A stretch of 64,000 nucleotides of DNA from Octopus vulgaris (taxonomy: Eukaryota). The stretch covers positions 161,510,001-161,574,000 of the forward strand of contig OX597817.1 in NCBI GenBank assembly GCA_951406725.2, read 5' to 3'. The notes below the pieces were generated by a model. That model worked only from the letters and a program-made list of their open reading frames with translations. It did no database searches and had not been told where the DNA came from. Below are positions 61,708 through 64,000 of the stretch, one piece after another. The translations under genes were made by a program, and so were the position numbers. Within the stretch, counting starts at the first letter, position 1, and each line of letters starts with the position of its first letter.

Positions 61708-62060
61708 AGGCATGGATGTGTGGTTAAGAAGCTTGCTTCCTGATCATGTGGCCTTGGGTTCAATCCCACGTTGTGGCATCTTGTGCAAGTGCCTTCTCCT
61801 GTAGACCAAAACCTTGGAAGCAGATTTGATAAACTGAAAGTGTGCACATGTATGTGTGTATATTCATGTGTATTCTTCTCTTGAGAAACAACGGAATGTT
61901 CATTTCTTATCTTCCATGAAAACATCTTGCCAAGGGAAATATCACATACTTTGGGAAAAGGTGAGGGTTGTAAGAGGAAGGGCATCTGGCCATAGAAAAT
62001 TTGCCTCAACAACCTCTGCCTGAACCATGCAAGCATGGGAAAATGGGCAGTAAATGATGA
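61708..62060 (+). mobile_element. Degenerate tRNA/CORE-type SINE with RTE-like tail (relatives near 18440-18785 -, 22818-23190 -, 26870-27300 +, 30125-30380 +)
   Basis: GGCATGG..GTGTGGTTAAGAAGCTTGCTTCC...GGTTCAATCCC head; GGAAGGGCATC.GGCC.TAGAAA...CATGCAAGCATGG..AAATG...ATGATGAT tail. Confidence 0.7.
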
Positions 62061-62664
62061 TATAACTACAAGAATCAGACTGTTTACCACCCCACCAAAC
62101 ATTAACAGTGAAGTGTGGACTAGATAGAACATTTTAGAGATATTAATTTAAATACACTCTTAGTGAAGGGAATCATACTCAGATTTCTTGACATCAGTCC
62201 TACATTAGTTATCAGAGTAACAAATAGGCAATTTGGGACAATCAAAATATAAAAATACATGAAAAAAGTTCTTTAATACAGTCTTCTGAAGAAATGAAAT
62301 CTTTCAAGATATCCTGGTAAATAACAAAAGCAATTTTCAAAGAATTTGAAGTGTCAGTAATGATATTAAGAAGTGTCAGTTTAATGTCTCACAAAAGAGG
62401 TGGGCTGACCAAAAGTCTGTGGATTTTAATGGAAAATTAAACAAGAGAAAAATATATATAAATGTTCTTTTTCATGTTACATATAAGTATATCTTCACAT
62501 TTTAATTCAAGTCATGCTGTTTTATGTTTTGAAACTAATGTATGAAAACAGTTTAACTGTATGTTTTGATGTTACACAACACCACTTCAAGGAAATTGTT
62601 TCATAACAAATTACAAATATTAGAATTAAGTCAATTCTTTGTGAAATAGAGAATCGTTCCAAAT

Positions 62665-62994
62665 CAGTGGTTCTCAACCGCGGTCCATATAAGATTTTGC
62701 AGGGTCCATGCAAGCAAAACAGTAAATTGGGGATCTACAGTAGTATATTGAGGGTCCATGAAAAAATGTAATTTGGATGTATTTATTACCAGAAACAGCC
62801 AGATTTCTTCCTTTGACATTTTACATATTTCAAATTACACAAGTTAATGTGGTGAAAGCCAAAATAGGAATTTTGAAAAAAGTATCTATAAAACCAGCTT
62901 TGAAACATCGAATGACTATAGGAGTTCACCAGAAAAAATTATAATCAAAGGGGTCCATAGGTAAAAAAAAAAAAAAAACGGTTGAGAACCACTT
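62665..62994. mobile_element. hAT (Charlie-like) MITE
   Basis: TIRs CAGTGGTTCTCAACC / GGTTGAGAACCACT with internal GGGTCCAT repeats. The 8-bp TSD is not preserved. Confidence 0.75.
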
Positions 62995-64000
62995 AGGTAA
63001 ATGTTAGTGTGACATTATGAGTTGATAACTAGACTTACAAACTGAAAGCAAAGAGGTTAAATTATTTATAGAAACAGCAAAATTCGCTGAGAATAAAATA
63101 CAGTTGTTTGACTAATTTTCAGTTTGTACAGGTTTATTTGAGAATCGGTCAGGTGTAAAATGAATGCTCAGGTGAAATTTTATCAACATTACAGTATTTT
63201 TTCATACTTGACTGATGACGAAATATCTCCATCATAATAGCATTTTCTTTGGACAAAGAGTCTACAGATGCTTTAAAAAAATACTCATTACAACTTCCAA
63301 AAAAATGTTTTTTTACTGTTTAGGGTACCCAAGTTTGAACTGTGGTACTTTAGTTAAGATGTTTGCAAAACTTAAAATACTGAGGCATGACCAGAAAAAG
63401 AGGGTCAAATGGAAAACTAGAAAAAGAGAGACAGGGAGATATTATCATCGTTTTTAGAGACACCAGATGATAGTTTCTTTACATGTCTTACTGTCAAGGC
63501 CAAGCTATGCCGCCAGAGAGGTGAGAGAGAGAGAGGCAGCAAGCAACATGTCAGTCAAGGAACGATAATCAATGATAGGTGAGAAATGAATTTAAATCTA
63601 AACTTGATTAACAACAGCATGGCACAGGTTGGGCGGTACAGGTGCCAATAACCTAGATAAAGTCGGGAGTGTAGCCTGGAGCCAAGTGCCTAGCAGCGAG
63701 GCTGTTTCGAGACATGCCCCAAGCTGTGATGCTGCAAACAATAACCAGTCGTATGTAATGGTTGGTAAGACGACAGTAGAAGGTAAGATGCTTGTCATAG
63801 CAGCAGTAGTAGTAGTGATGGCGATGGTAGCAGCAGCGAAGTCAGGGTACATACATCTACCATTATGCAGCAGTGTCAGGGTAATAAGACCTCAACTATT
63901 TTGCACTTCACTGCAGCTTCATCATTCACATCACCGCAGCCACCACCACCATCATCATCGTCGTCGTCTTCCTCTGACCAAAGCCGTCAACAAAACCTTT

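Overview
AT-rich, microsatellite- and SINE-rich animal genomic DNA; the repeat content points to a coleoid cephalopod, most likely Octopus (inference). The window lies inside one minus-strand gene for an MTA-family (metastasis-associated, NuRD subunit) protein. I assembled 13 phase-consistent GT-AG exons (43726 down to 417; 1728 nt, about 576 codons): end of BAH, ELM2, SANT, GATA-type zinc finger, an extra C2H2 finger, and the RBBP-binding R1 region. The first exons lie upstream of 43726 (not found in the window) and the last exon(s) probably lie below position 1. The main hidden feature is six intronic, host-sense box C/D snoRNA genes of SNORD56/U56 type in four consecutive introns. Four keep the register for 18S Cm517 (human numbering). 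Two have a D' box one nucleotide closer to the guide, which predicts a different target (G518). The introns also hold a 90-nt cassette exon in the BAH loop, candidate H/ACA and hairpin RNAs, a CR1-group LINE with an intact RT beside a 100-N gap, RTE 3' ends, tRNA-SINEs, mariner/Tc1 and Penelope remnants, Helitrons, MITEs and a 1.65-kb compound microsatellite. All homology calls are from recall and manual reading; no database search was run.
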